Below are positions 1 through 8,441 of a stretch of 64,000 nt of DNA, one piece after another. Source of the stretch: Candidatus Latescibacterota bacterium (lineage in GTDB: Bacteria > Latescibacterota > UBA2968 > UBA8231). The notes under the pieces were generated by a model. The model saw nothing but the letters and a program-made list of their open reading frames with translations, made no database searches and was not told the origin of the DNA. The stretch covers positions 2,688,001 through 2,752,000 of the forward strand of contig OZ242005.1 of NCBI GenBank assembly GCA_965204725.1, written 5' to 3'. Position numbers and translations under genes: made by a program. Position 1 is the stretch's first letter; each line of letters begins with the position of its first letter.

Positions 1-888
1 GTGCTGGAACTGACGCCCGATCTGGTCGGCCCGTCGATCACGCGGAACGAGGGGATCATCGGCGAGGGCGTGGACCTCAACTTGGTACATACCAAAAACC
101 TGCGGCGTCCGACCCTGCGTTTTCACCTGACTCAGCGGCTGCTCTATGAAAAGTTCCGCGATCCGGGCGAAGAGCCTAAGCTCTATCTCTTCGGCCAACT
201 CAAGCGCATCACCAAACAGTGGCTCGACACCTGCCTCGTCTGCAAGGGCAGCACCTATCCGGCCCAACTCATGTATCAAGAACTGGCCGACATGGCCTGC
301 GAGCGCATCTTTGCCGCCATCATGCGCGAGGAGATTGACCGTCGGCCAGTCAAAGCCGTGCTCGATCCGTACAACCCCATCGGCTCAACTGCCCACGTCC
401 ATTTCAACACGACCAAGACCCGCCGTTGGCAGACCGACGCTCGCCGTTGCCCCATCAACTACGTCGTCCTCAACAGCGACTGGGAAGCCGAGTTTTGTCG
501 CGTAGTCGAATCTCATCCTCGCGTCAAAGCGTACGTCAAAAACCACAATCTCGGCTTGGAGGTCCCCTACCGCTCCGGCTCGCAACCGCGGACGTACCGG
601 CCAGACTTTATCGTCCTGATCGACGATGGAAACGGCGATGACCTTTTGCATCTAATCGTCGAGATCAAGGGCTTTCGGCGGGAGGACGCCAAGGACAAGA
701 AGGCGACTATGGACACCTATTGGGTGCCCGGGGTGAATCATCACGGGGACTGCGGCCGCTGGGCTTTTGCCGAGTTTGCGGATGTGTACGAGATGGAAGC
801 CGCGTTTAATCAGTTGGTTGAGGGGGAGGCCACAAAAGGCACAAAAGGCACAAAAGGCACAAAAGGGATGAGACATGAGGAGTGGTAA
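1..888 (+). CDS. Type III restriction endonuclease Res subunit, C-terminal part (5' end outside window)
   Basis: C-terminal nuclease motif YRPDF...LIVEIKG plus NYVVLNSDWE and AYVKNHNLGLEVPY segments; a mod-type MTase lies downstream. Confidence 0.85.
   Translation: MLELTPDLVGPSITRNEGIIGEGVDLNLVHTKNLRRPTLRFHLTQRLLYEKFRDPGEEPKLYLFGQLKRITKQWLDTCLVCKGSTYPAQLMYQELADMACERIFAAIMREEIDRRPVKAVLDPYNPIGSTAHVHFNTTKTRRWQTDARRCPINYVVLNSDWEAEFCRVVESHPRVKAYVKNHNLGLEVPYRSGSQPRTYRPDFIVLIDDGNGDDLLHLIVEIKGFRREDAKDKKATMDTYWVPGVNHHGDCGRWAFAEFADVYEMEAAFNQLVEGEATKGTKGTKGTKGMRHEEW
831..866 (+). repeat. 9-bp tandem repeat (CACAAAAGG)x4 encoding TKG x4 at the Res C-terminus
   Basis: Four exact copies read directly. 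Confidence 0.95.
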
Positions 889-2639
889 TGCTTTGGGATA
901 GTGATCGCTTGTTGCAGCAACTTGAGCTCGGGGAGGACAGCCGCGTTGAGTTTAAGGAAGCCGTGTTTAGCGGCAACCGCGTCCGCGCACCGAATCGGGA
1001 CGCCATCGCCGACGAGTTGGCCGCTTTTGGCAACACTATCGGCGGCACCTTGATCTTCAGCGTGTCCGATGCCGGTGAAGTGCGGTTGATGAGCCGACAA
1101 CACATAGACGCGCTTGAAGCCTTTGTTAGCGAGATTTGCTCGGATAGCATCCGTCCCCCGTTGGCGTTTGTCACCCAACGGCTGGCGCTGCCCAATGGTT
1201 CGTTTGTGCTGATCGTCACCGTCGAACAGAGCGCATTGGTCCACAAGAGTCCCGGGGGCTACCTTTCTCGACGAGGCAGCACCAAGCGAGAGATGTCACC
1301 GGAGGCATTGAACCGTTTGTTTCAGCAGCGGGGGCGTTTTGGCCTGCTCGGCCCGGACGAAGGGATCGTGGCCGGCACCGGGGCCAATACGTTTGACGAG
1401 ACCCTAGCGGATCGTTTCCTGAGTTCGCGCACTACCGAGCCTACCACAGTCCAACTCACAAAGCTGGGGTTGGTGCGGGAGGATGACAGCGGCGTGCTCC
1501 GCGCAACGGTTGCCGGGGTACTGCTTTGCACTACGCGCCCGGATGAGTACCTACGCGGCGCGACGATTGAAGCGGTTCGCTATCGCGGCACGGTGTCGGG
1601 CCGGGCGAGCCAGCACGATGCAGCGTCCATCACCGGCCCGTTGGACCAGCAGATCCGCGCTGCCGTCAACTTCGCTAGGCTCAATACGCGGGTCGCGGCG
1701 CGCAAGGCCCCTGGGCGAATAGAGACTCCGCAGTTTAGTCCGCGCGCCCTGTTTGAGGCCATCGTCAACGCCGTGGTTCACCGCGATTACTCAATAAAAA
1801 AGGAGAGGATACGGCTCTTCATTTTTGACGACCGCTTCGAGTTGTACTCGCCGGGTGCCCTGCCCAACACGCTGCCCATTGAGGCCATGCGGAATCGACA
1901 AGCCACCCGCAACGAAACGCTCGCGTCCATTCTCCGCATGCTCGCGGTCGGGGATATTGCCGGTGCGGGGGACCGGCAGTACTTCTTGGAGCAACGCGGC
2001 GAAGGGGTTCCGGTCATCTACGAGCAGACCCGGGCGCTGACAGGACGCGACCCAGAGTATGAACTGCTCGGCGGCACGGAACTACGGCTGACTATACCGT
2101 CCGCCCGTCCGCCGGTCCCGGGCATCCAAGGGGAAGTGTCGGTATCTGCCGCTGGTCAGCCGCTTGCCGGCGCACGGGTCGTTGCGCTGTATCCCAACAA
2201 GACTTGGATGGAGGAGGAAACCGATACGTTTGGCCGGGTCGCTTTTGGGTTCCACTCGGAGCTTCCCATCACTGTTTTCTGCGCGGCACCGGGGTATGGT
2301 GCTCACGTGGAGCGGGATTGGCACCCACCGGCACCGCTCGCCGTGCAGCTTGAGCCGCTGCCTAGGGGTGGGTCAGCCGTGTTCACCGAGGGCGTCGGTC
2401 ATTTGCCCAATTTGACCGGGCGGCTCAACCCCATTCTCGACGATCTCGACCGCATGTACCTTTATGCGACAAACGTCGCCATTGACGAAGGCAGGCAGCA
2501 ACCCGTTCACTTCAAACTGAACCAGCCCTTGCGGCTTACGGATGTCAACGGGATTGAATGGATCGTGCGGTTCGTTGAGATGATCGGAACGTCGGCGCTG
2601 TTGGAATACGAATTCCCAAGGCCGAAAAAACAGCGATGA
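888..2639 (+). CDS. Schlafen/AlbA_2 domain + HATPase_c_4 (RecG-C-like) protein with beta-rich C-terminal extension
   Basis: GEDSRVEFKE...AFGNTIGGTLIFSVSD (AlbA_2); EAIVNAVVHRDYS, YSPGALP, RNETLA, EQRGEG (HATPase_c_4); TAATG coupling to the res stop. Confidence 0.85.
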   Translation: MLWDSDRLLQQLELGEDSRVEFKEAVFSGNRVRAPNRDAIADELAAFGNTIGGTLIFSVSDAGEVRLMSRQHIDALEAFVSEICSDSIRPPLAFVTQRLALPNGSFVLIVTVEQSALVHKSPGGYLSRRGSTKREMSPEALNRLFQQRGRFGLLGPDEGIVAGTGANTFDETLADRFLSSRTTEPTTVQLTKLGLVREDDSGVLRATVAGVLLCTTRPDEYLRGATIEAVRYRGTVSGRASQHDAASITGPLDQQIRAAVNFARLNTRVAARKAPGRIETPQFSPRALFEAIVNAVVHRDYSIKKERIRLFIFDDRFELYSPGALPNTLPIEAMRNRQATRNETLASILRMLAVGDIAGAGDRQYFLEQRGEGVPVIYEQTRALTGRDPEYELLGGTELRLTIPSARPPVPGIQGEVSVSAAGQPLAGARVVALYPNKTWMEEETDTFGRVAFGFHSELPITVFCAAPGYGAHVERDWHPPAPLAVQLEPLPRGGSAVFTEGVGHLPNLTGRLNPILDDLDRMYLYATNVAIDEGRQQPVHFKLNQPLRLTDVNGIEWIVRFVEMIGTSALLEYEFPRPKKQR

Positions 2640-2670
2640 AGTTCTGAACGCAGTTGAGAAAGAAACGGAC

Positions 2671-2868
2671 GTGGAATATACAGCCGTCGTGAAACGCAGT
2701 GGCGAATGGTGGATTGGCTGGATTGAGGAAGTTCCCGGCGTAAATTGTCAGGAGCGGACCCATGAGGAATTGCGGCAAAGCCTTGCCGAAACGCTTTTAG
2801 AAGTCCTAGAATTCAATCGGAGCGATGCGCTAGCAGTAGCTAGAATACCCCAGAGGAGGAAACCATGA
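2671..2868 (+). CDS. HicB-family antitoxin (C-terminus possibly altered)
   Basis: YTAVVKRSGEWWIGWIEEVPGVNCQERTHEEL is a typical short HicB. Confidence 0.8.
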   Translation: MEYTAVVKRSGEWWIGWIEEVPGVNCQERTHEELRQSLAETLLEVLEFNRSDALAVARIPQRRKP

Positions 2869-3041
2869 AACTGAAAGTTGTGGTTCATCAAGCGGAAGAA
2901 GGCGGGTACTGGGCAGAAGTACCCGCTATCCCCGGATGCGCGACGCAAGGGGAATCCTTTGAAGAACTGCTGACCAACCTCTACGAGGCTGTCGAAGGTT
3001 GTCTGTCCGTCGAGGTTTGTGACGCTGCTGGCCCTCGCTAA
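2865..3041 (+). CDS. Second HicB-family antitoxin (58 aa, not in ORF track)
   Basis: Manual translation MKLKVVVHQAEEGGYWAEVPAIPGCATQGESFEELLTNLYEAVEGCL...; RBS GAGGAGG; ATGA overlap with previous gene. Confidence 0.85.
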   Translation: MKLKVVVHQAEEGGYWAEVPAIPGCATQGESFEELLTNLYEAVEGCLSVEVCDAAGPR

Positions 3042-3055
3042 CGGAGAGAAGACCA

Positions 3056-3304
3056 ATGAAGACGACCATTGACATCCACGACGAATTGCTGGCTCAAGCG
3101 AAGCAGTACGCGAGAAACACCGGGCGCTCGTTGTGTGCCGTAGTGGAAGAGGGCCTGCGTCAAGTGCTTCCCACACCTTTTTCCAGCAGCCGCTACCGTC
3201 TGCCCGACCTGAGCGAGGGCCAGACGGGCGCGGCCGATCCATTGGCAGCGTACTCATGGCAGGAGTTGCGCGGGATAATCTACGGAGAACCGGAGGAGCA
3301 GTGA
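3056..3304 (+). CDS. vapB: VapB-type antitoxin (RHH-like)
   Basis: MKTTIDIHDELLAQAK...VVEEGLR; GTGA overlap with PIN gene. Confidence 0.8.
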   Translation: MKTTIDIHDELLAQAKQYARNTGRSLCAVVEEGLRQVLPTPFSSSRYRLPDLSEGQTGAADPLAAYSWQELRGIIYGEPEEQ

Positions 3305-3753
3305 TCGCCATTGATACGAATCTGCTGGTCTATGCCCACCGTCGGGAATCTCAGGTACACGGAGTAGCTTTCGAGGTGCTGCGGACGCTTGCCGAGGGAG
3401 ACTCAGCATGGGCGATTCCTTGGCCCTGCTGCTACGAATTCCTGAGTGTTGTAACTAACCACCGGATTTGGAAGGATCGCACTACGTCGCCGGAACGGGC
3501 TTGGCAACAACTCGACGCTTGGACCGCGTCGCCTTCAAATCGCCTCATCGGCGAGACCAGTGACTTTCGGGCTATATTGAAGAGCTTTGTCTGTCGCCCC
3601 GGAGTGAGTGGGGGCGTCATACACGATGCTCGGGTTGCTGCCATTTGCATTGCTCACGGCATCGAAGTACTGCTCACCCGAGATCGCGACTTCTCATTGT
3701 TCCCAGAGTTGAAAACACGCAATCCGTTTGAGCCATCAGTAGGCAGTGGTTAA
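3301..3753 (+). CDS. vapC: VapC PIN-domain toxin
   Basis: IAIDTNLLVYAH, YEFL, HDARVAA, TRDRDF PIN acidic motifs; GTG start at 3301. Confidence 0.9.
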   Translation: MIAIDTNLLVYAHRRESQVHGVAFEVLRTLAEGDSAWAIPWPCCYEFLSVVTNHRIWKDRTTSPERAWQQLDAWTASPSNRLIGETSDFRAILKSFVCRPGVSGGVIHDARVAAICIAHGIEVLLTRDRDFSLFPELKTRNPFEPSVGSG

Positions 3754-3770
3754 ACCGTCGGAGGTGATTG

Positions 3771-3842
3771 ATGTCTGATGAGTTGAACCTGCTGCCGGCA
3801 TTGCGAAACCTGTTGAACACGACTAACGAGGACTCCGTATAA
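3771..3842 (+). other. 23-aa minigene or gene scar abutting the mod start
   Basis: GGAGGTG RBS, ATG 3771, MSDELNLLPALRNLLNTTNEDSV, TAA directly before the mod ATG. Confidence 0.45.
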
Positions 3843-4781
3843 ATGGCGAAACGAAAATTGACCAAGACGGTCGAAACTCTGCGGCATCAAGATGCGACGC
3901 GGAAGAACATTCCTACGGCTGAGTATCAGGCGGTGATGGCGGATGATGACCGGAATCCGATCCGCGTCGCATACCAGCGGCGCAACCGCGATCTCGATCC
4001 GCAGCTTGTTTGGCGCGGTAAGGACGAGCAGAATGGGGCGGACTTGGTGGTGCAAAGGCCGCCGCTGTTCATTCAGGAGAAGGGTGCATCCCAAGGTGCT
4101 GATTGACGACTTGCGGCAGCAGAGCAAGGAGGGCGAGGGGGAGCAGACCGACCTGTTCGCGGATTTCAACGGGCTGCCGAGCGCGGACGCTCAGACCGAG
4201 TTTTACCAGCACGACGCCAACTGGTCGAACCGCATGATTCTCGGCGATAGCTTGCAGGTGATGGCGTCGCTGGCCGAGCGCGAGGGGCTGCGCGGCAAGG
4301 TGCAGTGCATCTACATCGACCCGCCCTACGGCATCAAGTTCAACTCGAACTTTCAGTGGTCAACCACCAGCCGCGACGTGAAGGATGGCAGGGCCGAGCA
4401 CATTACGCGGGAGCCGGAACAGGTCAAGGCGTTTCGGGATACGTGGCGCGACGGGATACATTCGTATCTGACGTATCTGTGGGATCGGCTGACGGCGGCG
4501 CGGGATTTGTTGACCGAAAGCGGGTCGGTGTTTGTGCAGATTGGGGACGAGAACATGAGCCGAGTGCGGGTATTGATGGACGAGATATTTGGAGAGAGCA
4601 ACTTTGTTGCTCTTATTTCATATGCAAAGACTACTGGATTCTCTGGCACTTATCTATCGCAGGTTTGTGACTACTTGATATGGTATTCCAAATCACTGTC
4701 GGACCTCAAGTACCGTTCACTTTTCGATACCAAGGAGCAAGGTGCCGCGGGTGCTTCCAAGTACCGGGCCGCCTCGTCAAT
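3843..4781 (+). pseudogene. mod: Type III R-M Mod DNA methyltransferase, frameshifted near 4083 and truncated by IS630
   Basis: IQEK|VHPK split across frames by one extra G; NRMILGDSL, YIDPPYGIKFNSN, GSVFVQIGDEN motifs; no FxGxG half after the IS. Confidence 0.88.
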
Positions 4782-4825
4782 TATTGACCTCTGCATTTTT
4801 AATGGAATAGTTTATATTCATTTCT

Positions 4826-5311
4826 ATGCGACCTAAAGGTAGTGCCGATCGGCTAGAGTATCGCCGTCAGTGGGCGGCTCAGTTGCTGGATGAAGGGCGA
4901 GGCGTCAACGAAGTAGCTCGTCTGGTTCGAGCGTCTCCCTCCTCGGTGTCTCGCTGGAAGGCGATGAAAGCGCACGCCGGCGAGGAGGGGCTCAAAGCCA
5001 AACCACATCCGGGGCGGGGCTGTCGGTTGAGTGGCCCAGATAAGGAGCAGTTGAAGCAACTGCTGCTGGCGGGTCCCCAGGCGGCGGGCTTTGATACCGC
5101 GCTGTGGACGTGTCGGCGAGTCGCGCAGGTGATTGCCCACACGTTTGGGGTGTCCTATCATCCCGATCACGTGGGTCGTCTGCTACATGGGTTGGGTTTT
5201 TCGTGCCCGTATCCCCAGCACCAAGCGCGGGAACGCGATGAGGAGGCCATCCGCCAATGGCGCTTAGTGGAATGGCCACGGATTAAAAAAAAGCCCGGCA
5301 CCAAGGGATGA
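4826..5311 (+). CDS. IS630 transposase OrfA (HTH)
   Basis: VSRW, WTCRRVAQVI, VGRLLHGLGFS HTH motifs; ends at A8G slippery run 5285-5293. Confidence 0.88.
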   Translation: MRPKGSADRLEYRRQWAAQLLDEGRGVNEVARLVRASPSSVSRWKAMKAHAGEEGLKAKPHPGRGCRLSGPDKEQLKQLLLAGPQAAGFDTALWTCRRVAQVIAHTFGVSYHPDHVGRLLHGLGFSCPYPQHQARERDEEAIRQWRLVEWPRIKKKPGTKG

Positions 5312-5841
5312 CCCTCGTCTGGATCGATCCGAGCGGCTTCCTGCTGCAACCCACCCGGCGGAGGACGTGGGCTTTGGCGGGGCACACGCCGATACACAAG
5401 GTGTGGAGCCGCCACGATCGCGTGTCGGTTCAAGCCGCCGTTACCCTGCCGCCTCAACGCCAGCGGTTGGGCGTTTATTTCCGGATGTATGAGCAGAATA
5501 TCCATACGCAGGATGGGGTCTCCTTTGTCGGGTATATGATGAGCATGATACGACGTAAGATTGTGCTCATTTTGGATCGATGGAGTGTGCATCGCGCGGC
5601 GGTGGCGATCCGACAGAAACGGTACGCCGATCGACTCACCATCGAATGGTTACCCGCCTATGCACCCGAATTGAATCCGGTCGAACAGGTCTGGAATCAT
5701 ACCAAGTACGGGGACTTGGCTAACTTCAGGCCAGAACACATCGACCACCTCGCAGACGCGGTCACGATGTCGATGACCGCCCAGCATCACGATACCCCCC
5801 TGATCCGAGGCTTCTTCAAGTATGCACAACGTACCCTGTAA
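5308..5841 (+). CDS. IS630 transposase OrfB (DDE), -1 frame relative to OrfA
   Basis: WIDPSGF, ILDRWSVH, LPAYAPELNPVE catalytic motifs. Confidence 0.88.
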   Translation: MTLVWIDPSGFLLQPTRRRTWALAGHTPIHKVWSRHDRVSVQAAVTLPPQRQRLGVYFRMYEQNIHTQDGVSFVGYMMSMIRRKIVLILDRWSVHRAAVAIRQKRYADRLTIEWLPAYAPELNPVEQVWNHTKYGDLANFRPEHIDHLADAVTMSMTAQHHDTPLIRGFFKYAQRTL

Positions 5842-5871
5842 AGAAGTCCTTTAGTTTTGCAGAACTCAATA

Positions 5872-6210
5872 ATAAGCATGGTGCGGCTCCTGTGTTTAGG
5901 ATTTAGATGCAATCTTGGGCGATTACAAATAAACCTAAAACAGGGCCGTACCACAACTTAGATCAAGTGAGATTACTGTCGTGTACTAAGGGTACGCTGT
6001 ATGCGATTAGCCCCTTATACACCACAAGAAAATCCCGTCGAAGATATTTGGTTAAAAGGGAAAACCTTTGTGCGTACTCATGCGTTGTGGACCACAAGCT
6101 TTGAACAGATCAAAGACCTATTTGTCGAGGGCATTCGACAGAAAAAATACTTCCATTTTCCTAAGTTACAGCAATATATAACATCTCTTAAATGATGTAG
6201 AATTGCTATA
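5872..6210 (+). pseudogene. Remnant of a second, different IS630 (3' transposase end and right end)
   Basis: LAPYTPQENPVEDIWLKGK motif; terminus ...GAATTGCTATA; interrupts the OLD gene. Confidence 0.75.
5885..5947. mobile_element. About 60-bp miniature inverted-repeat insertion within the IS630 remnant
   Basis: GGCTCCTGTGTTTAGGATTTA ... TAAACCTAAAACAGGGCC inverted ends; removal roughly restores GGT GCG CCG TAC CAC (GAPYH). Confidence 0.5.
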
Positions 6211-7094
6211 TAACTGTCCTCAAGTTTACTCTGAAGAAATGCATCAAATAAACAGATTACCGCCAAGCTTTGGGTCCCTTCGCCATGTCGGCCAATAGGC
6301 AGATGCGCACCAGTGGTTGAGGTGATCATAACTTGTGTTCGGGACAGGATGTCGAAGACTTTGCTGGGAATAGCCTCGATACTTATCGGATCGTTCCTAT
6401 CGAGAGAAACCATTTTGCCGGTATTTCCGAGTCGCTCTTTGATCGCGCCAAACGATTCGTGGGAGTCTAAAATCTTTTGGTTCAGTGCCGCTAGCTCTTC
6501 TTCAAGTTTCTGCCTCAAATCAGGATCGATATTCAGAGAGCGAACAAACGGTCCCCAAAATTGGGAGCGAGGCCGAAATTCCTGAGCAGAGTCGCGCAGT
6601 GCTGCCAAATAGAAAACGGGAGCGAGTTGCTGCAACGAGAATATATATCGCGGATCTTTAGCATTTGTTAGTGCATTGCCAGCGAGATCTAAAAAATCCC
6701 AAACTGTAACAAAATCGTCTGTTGCGGCGGCGTATTTACTTCGCACACGGATTATCACGCTTTGCCGCTCATTTTCATCGGTCTGAACAGCGACGGCGAA
6801 CCTTTGAGGCACTTCATCTGGCCACTCGTTCTCAGTTTGTTCAGCGAAATACAGAGTGATTTCTATGGCATCACTGTCTGCTGGCTGGCTTTCCTTTTGC
6901 GGTAAGTGATAATCATATTCTGAAAATATACCGCCCTTTCGAGTGAGCGAACGACTCAAACAAACTTGGAGTGCTTCCAATATTGTCGATTTCCCGGTGT
7001 TATTTTCGCCTATTAGGACGGTAGTTTTATCTAGCTTCATACTTAGATTGCGGATTCCTCGGAAATTCGCAATATCGATCTTTTCTAAGAACAT
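6211..7094 (-). pseudogene. OLD-family ATP-dependent endonuclease, N-terminal ATPase only (truncated by IS630 remnant)
   Basis: IANFRGI, LIGENNTGKSTIL Walker A, HGEGTQSL signature; Walker B (EEPE) and TOPRIM absent. Confidence 0.85.
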
Positions 7095-7118
7095 GAATTA
7101 TTCTTCCTCCATTGACTT

Positions 7119-7225
7119 CACGACTCCCCCATCCACAACTCTTCCGACACCAACTTCGGTGACAGCGTATCACGCAGGGCGGTCGGGAAATAGGGACTCC
7201 TGCTGCCCGGCCTTCCCGGTAGCAG
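7119..7225 (-). pseudogene. Degenerate C-terminus of a type I R-M HsdS subunit
   Basis: Minus-strand translation QQES../TALRDTLSPKLVSEELW resembles the HsdS terminal LRDTLLPKLISGELRV motif. Confidence 0.55.
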
Positions 7226-7267
7226 ATGCTTCGACTCCGCAATAGCGGGCGGCCCCATTCCTTAACC

Positions 7268-8401
7268 CTACCAATTTGTATAGGACCCATCATCGCGCCG
7301 ATAGCCGGTGGGGGGGCCGTAGTCCTGTGTTGAAACGTTGGTGAGGGCTGCTTCGTTGAATTCAATCCCGAGGCCGGGGGCTTGGGGTGGCAAGAGGTAG
7401 CCCGCTTCAAACGGCACTTGCACCGGAAACTCATCCGCGAGTGAAGACATCGGCGCACGGGGAAGTTCCTGAACGCCGACGAGCGAGGACGCCAAACACA
7501 AATGCAAACAGGCGGCGGTGGAAACGGGGCCGAGCGGGTTGTGCGGGGCCAGATGGATGTAGTGCGTTTCGCACCACCCGGCAATTTTGCGGGCCTCGGT
7601 TAACCCACCGGCGATGCACAGATCAACTCGACAGTAATCCATCAGGTCCTCCTCAATGACGGCTCGGAAGGTCCACTTGCTATCAAATTGTTCGCCCATG
7701 GCCAGCGGCACGGAGGTCTGTTGGCGGAGCCGCCGGAGACTCGCGGGGTTTTCACTCCGCAGCGGGTCTTCAATGAAAAACGGATTGTAAGGGGCAACCC
7801 GGTTGCAGAAATCGAGACTGTCGGCGGGGTCGAGACGGGTGTGTACATCGACCAATATCTCGACGCGGTCGCCCAAGGCGTTGCGCACGGCCTGCACCTG
7901 CTCAACGCCGTGCCGAATGGCGCGTCTAGGTTCAAACGTCCCGCTGTCGGCACCATCGGCCAAGCCCCAGCGGACGAATTTCCAACCGGCTTCATGGGTG
8001 TTTTTACAGCTCGCAACGAGCGCGTCAATCGCGCCACCGCCGTTGTGGGGATAGCAGACGACTTTGTCGCGCGTCCGTCCGCCCAAGAGCTCGTACACCG
8101 GAACGTTGAGTGCTTTCCCTTTGATGTCCCAGAGCGCAATATCAACGGCACTCACGGCCGCGGCTTGGACGACGCCCCCCGGAAAGAAGGCCCCGCGGAA
8201 CATCACTTGCCACAGGTGTTCCGTTTGAAACGGATCGGCACCGATGAGAAACGGTTCAAAAGAGCGCACGACTTCGGCTAGGGCCAGCCCCCGCCGGCTC
8301 AAGCCCCCTTCGCCGAGGCCGTAGATACCCGCATCGGTTTCCACCTTGACAAAAAAATGGCCGCTCGATGCGACAAAGGATTTGATCTGGGTGATTTTCA
8401 T
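7268..8401 (-). CDS. Mandelate racemase/galactonate dehydratase-like enolase
   Basis: SAVDIALWDIKGK, LVDVHTR, FIEDP, MGEQ, PHNPLGP. Confidence 0.9.
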   Translation of the reverse strand: MKITQIKSFVASSGHFFVKVETDAGIYGLGEGGLSRRGLALAEVVRSFEPFLIGADPFQTEHLWQVMFRGAFFPGGVVQAAAVSAVDIALWDIKGKALNVPVYELLGGRTRDKVVCYPHNGGGAIDALVASCKNTHEAGWKFVRWGLADGADSGTFEPRRAIRHGVEQVQAVRNALGDRVEILVDVHTRLDPADSLDFCNRVAPYNPFFIEDPLRSENPASLRRLRQQTSVPLAMGEQFDSKWTFRAVIEEDLMDYCRVDLCIAGGLTEARKIAGWCETHYIHLAPHNPLGPVSTAACLHLCLASSLVGVQELPRAPMSSLADEFPVQVPFEAGYLLPPQAPGLGIEFNEAALTNVSTQDYGPPTGYRRDDGSYTNW

Positions 8402-8441
8402 AAATCCTAAATCCTCCATTCGTGTTTAGCGTTGCAACGGC

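Larger units (their letters stand above)
4782..5871 (+). mobile_element. IS630-family insertion sequence
   Basis: Imperfect terminal inverted repeats TATTGACCTCTGCATTTTTAATGGA / TCCTTTAGTTTTGCAGAACTCAATA, TA at both ends, split transposase inside. Confidence 0.9.

Noticed and set aside
4075-4090. Phase-variable mod (phasevarion)
   Set aside because: The frameshift is in a G3 run, too short for a slippage tract, and the gene is also truncated by an IS
5285-5311. IS630 transposase as a broken pseudogene
   Set aside because: A split at an A-run with -1 phasing is the normal recoding arrangement in IS630 elements
6078-6210. C-terminus of the 338-aa OLD ORF
   Set aside because: It is read-through into the IS remnant, not native sequence
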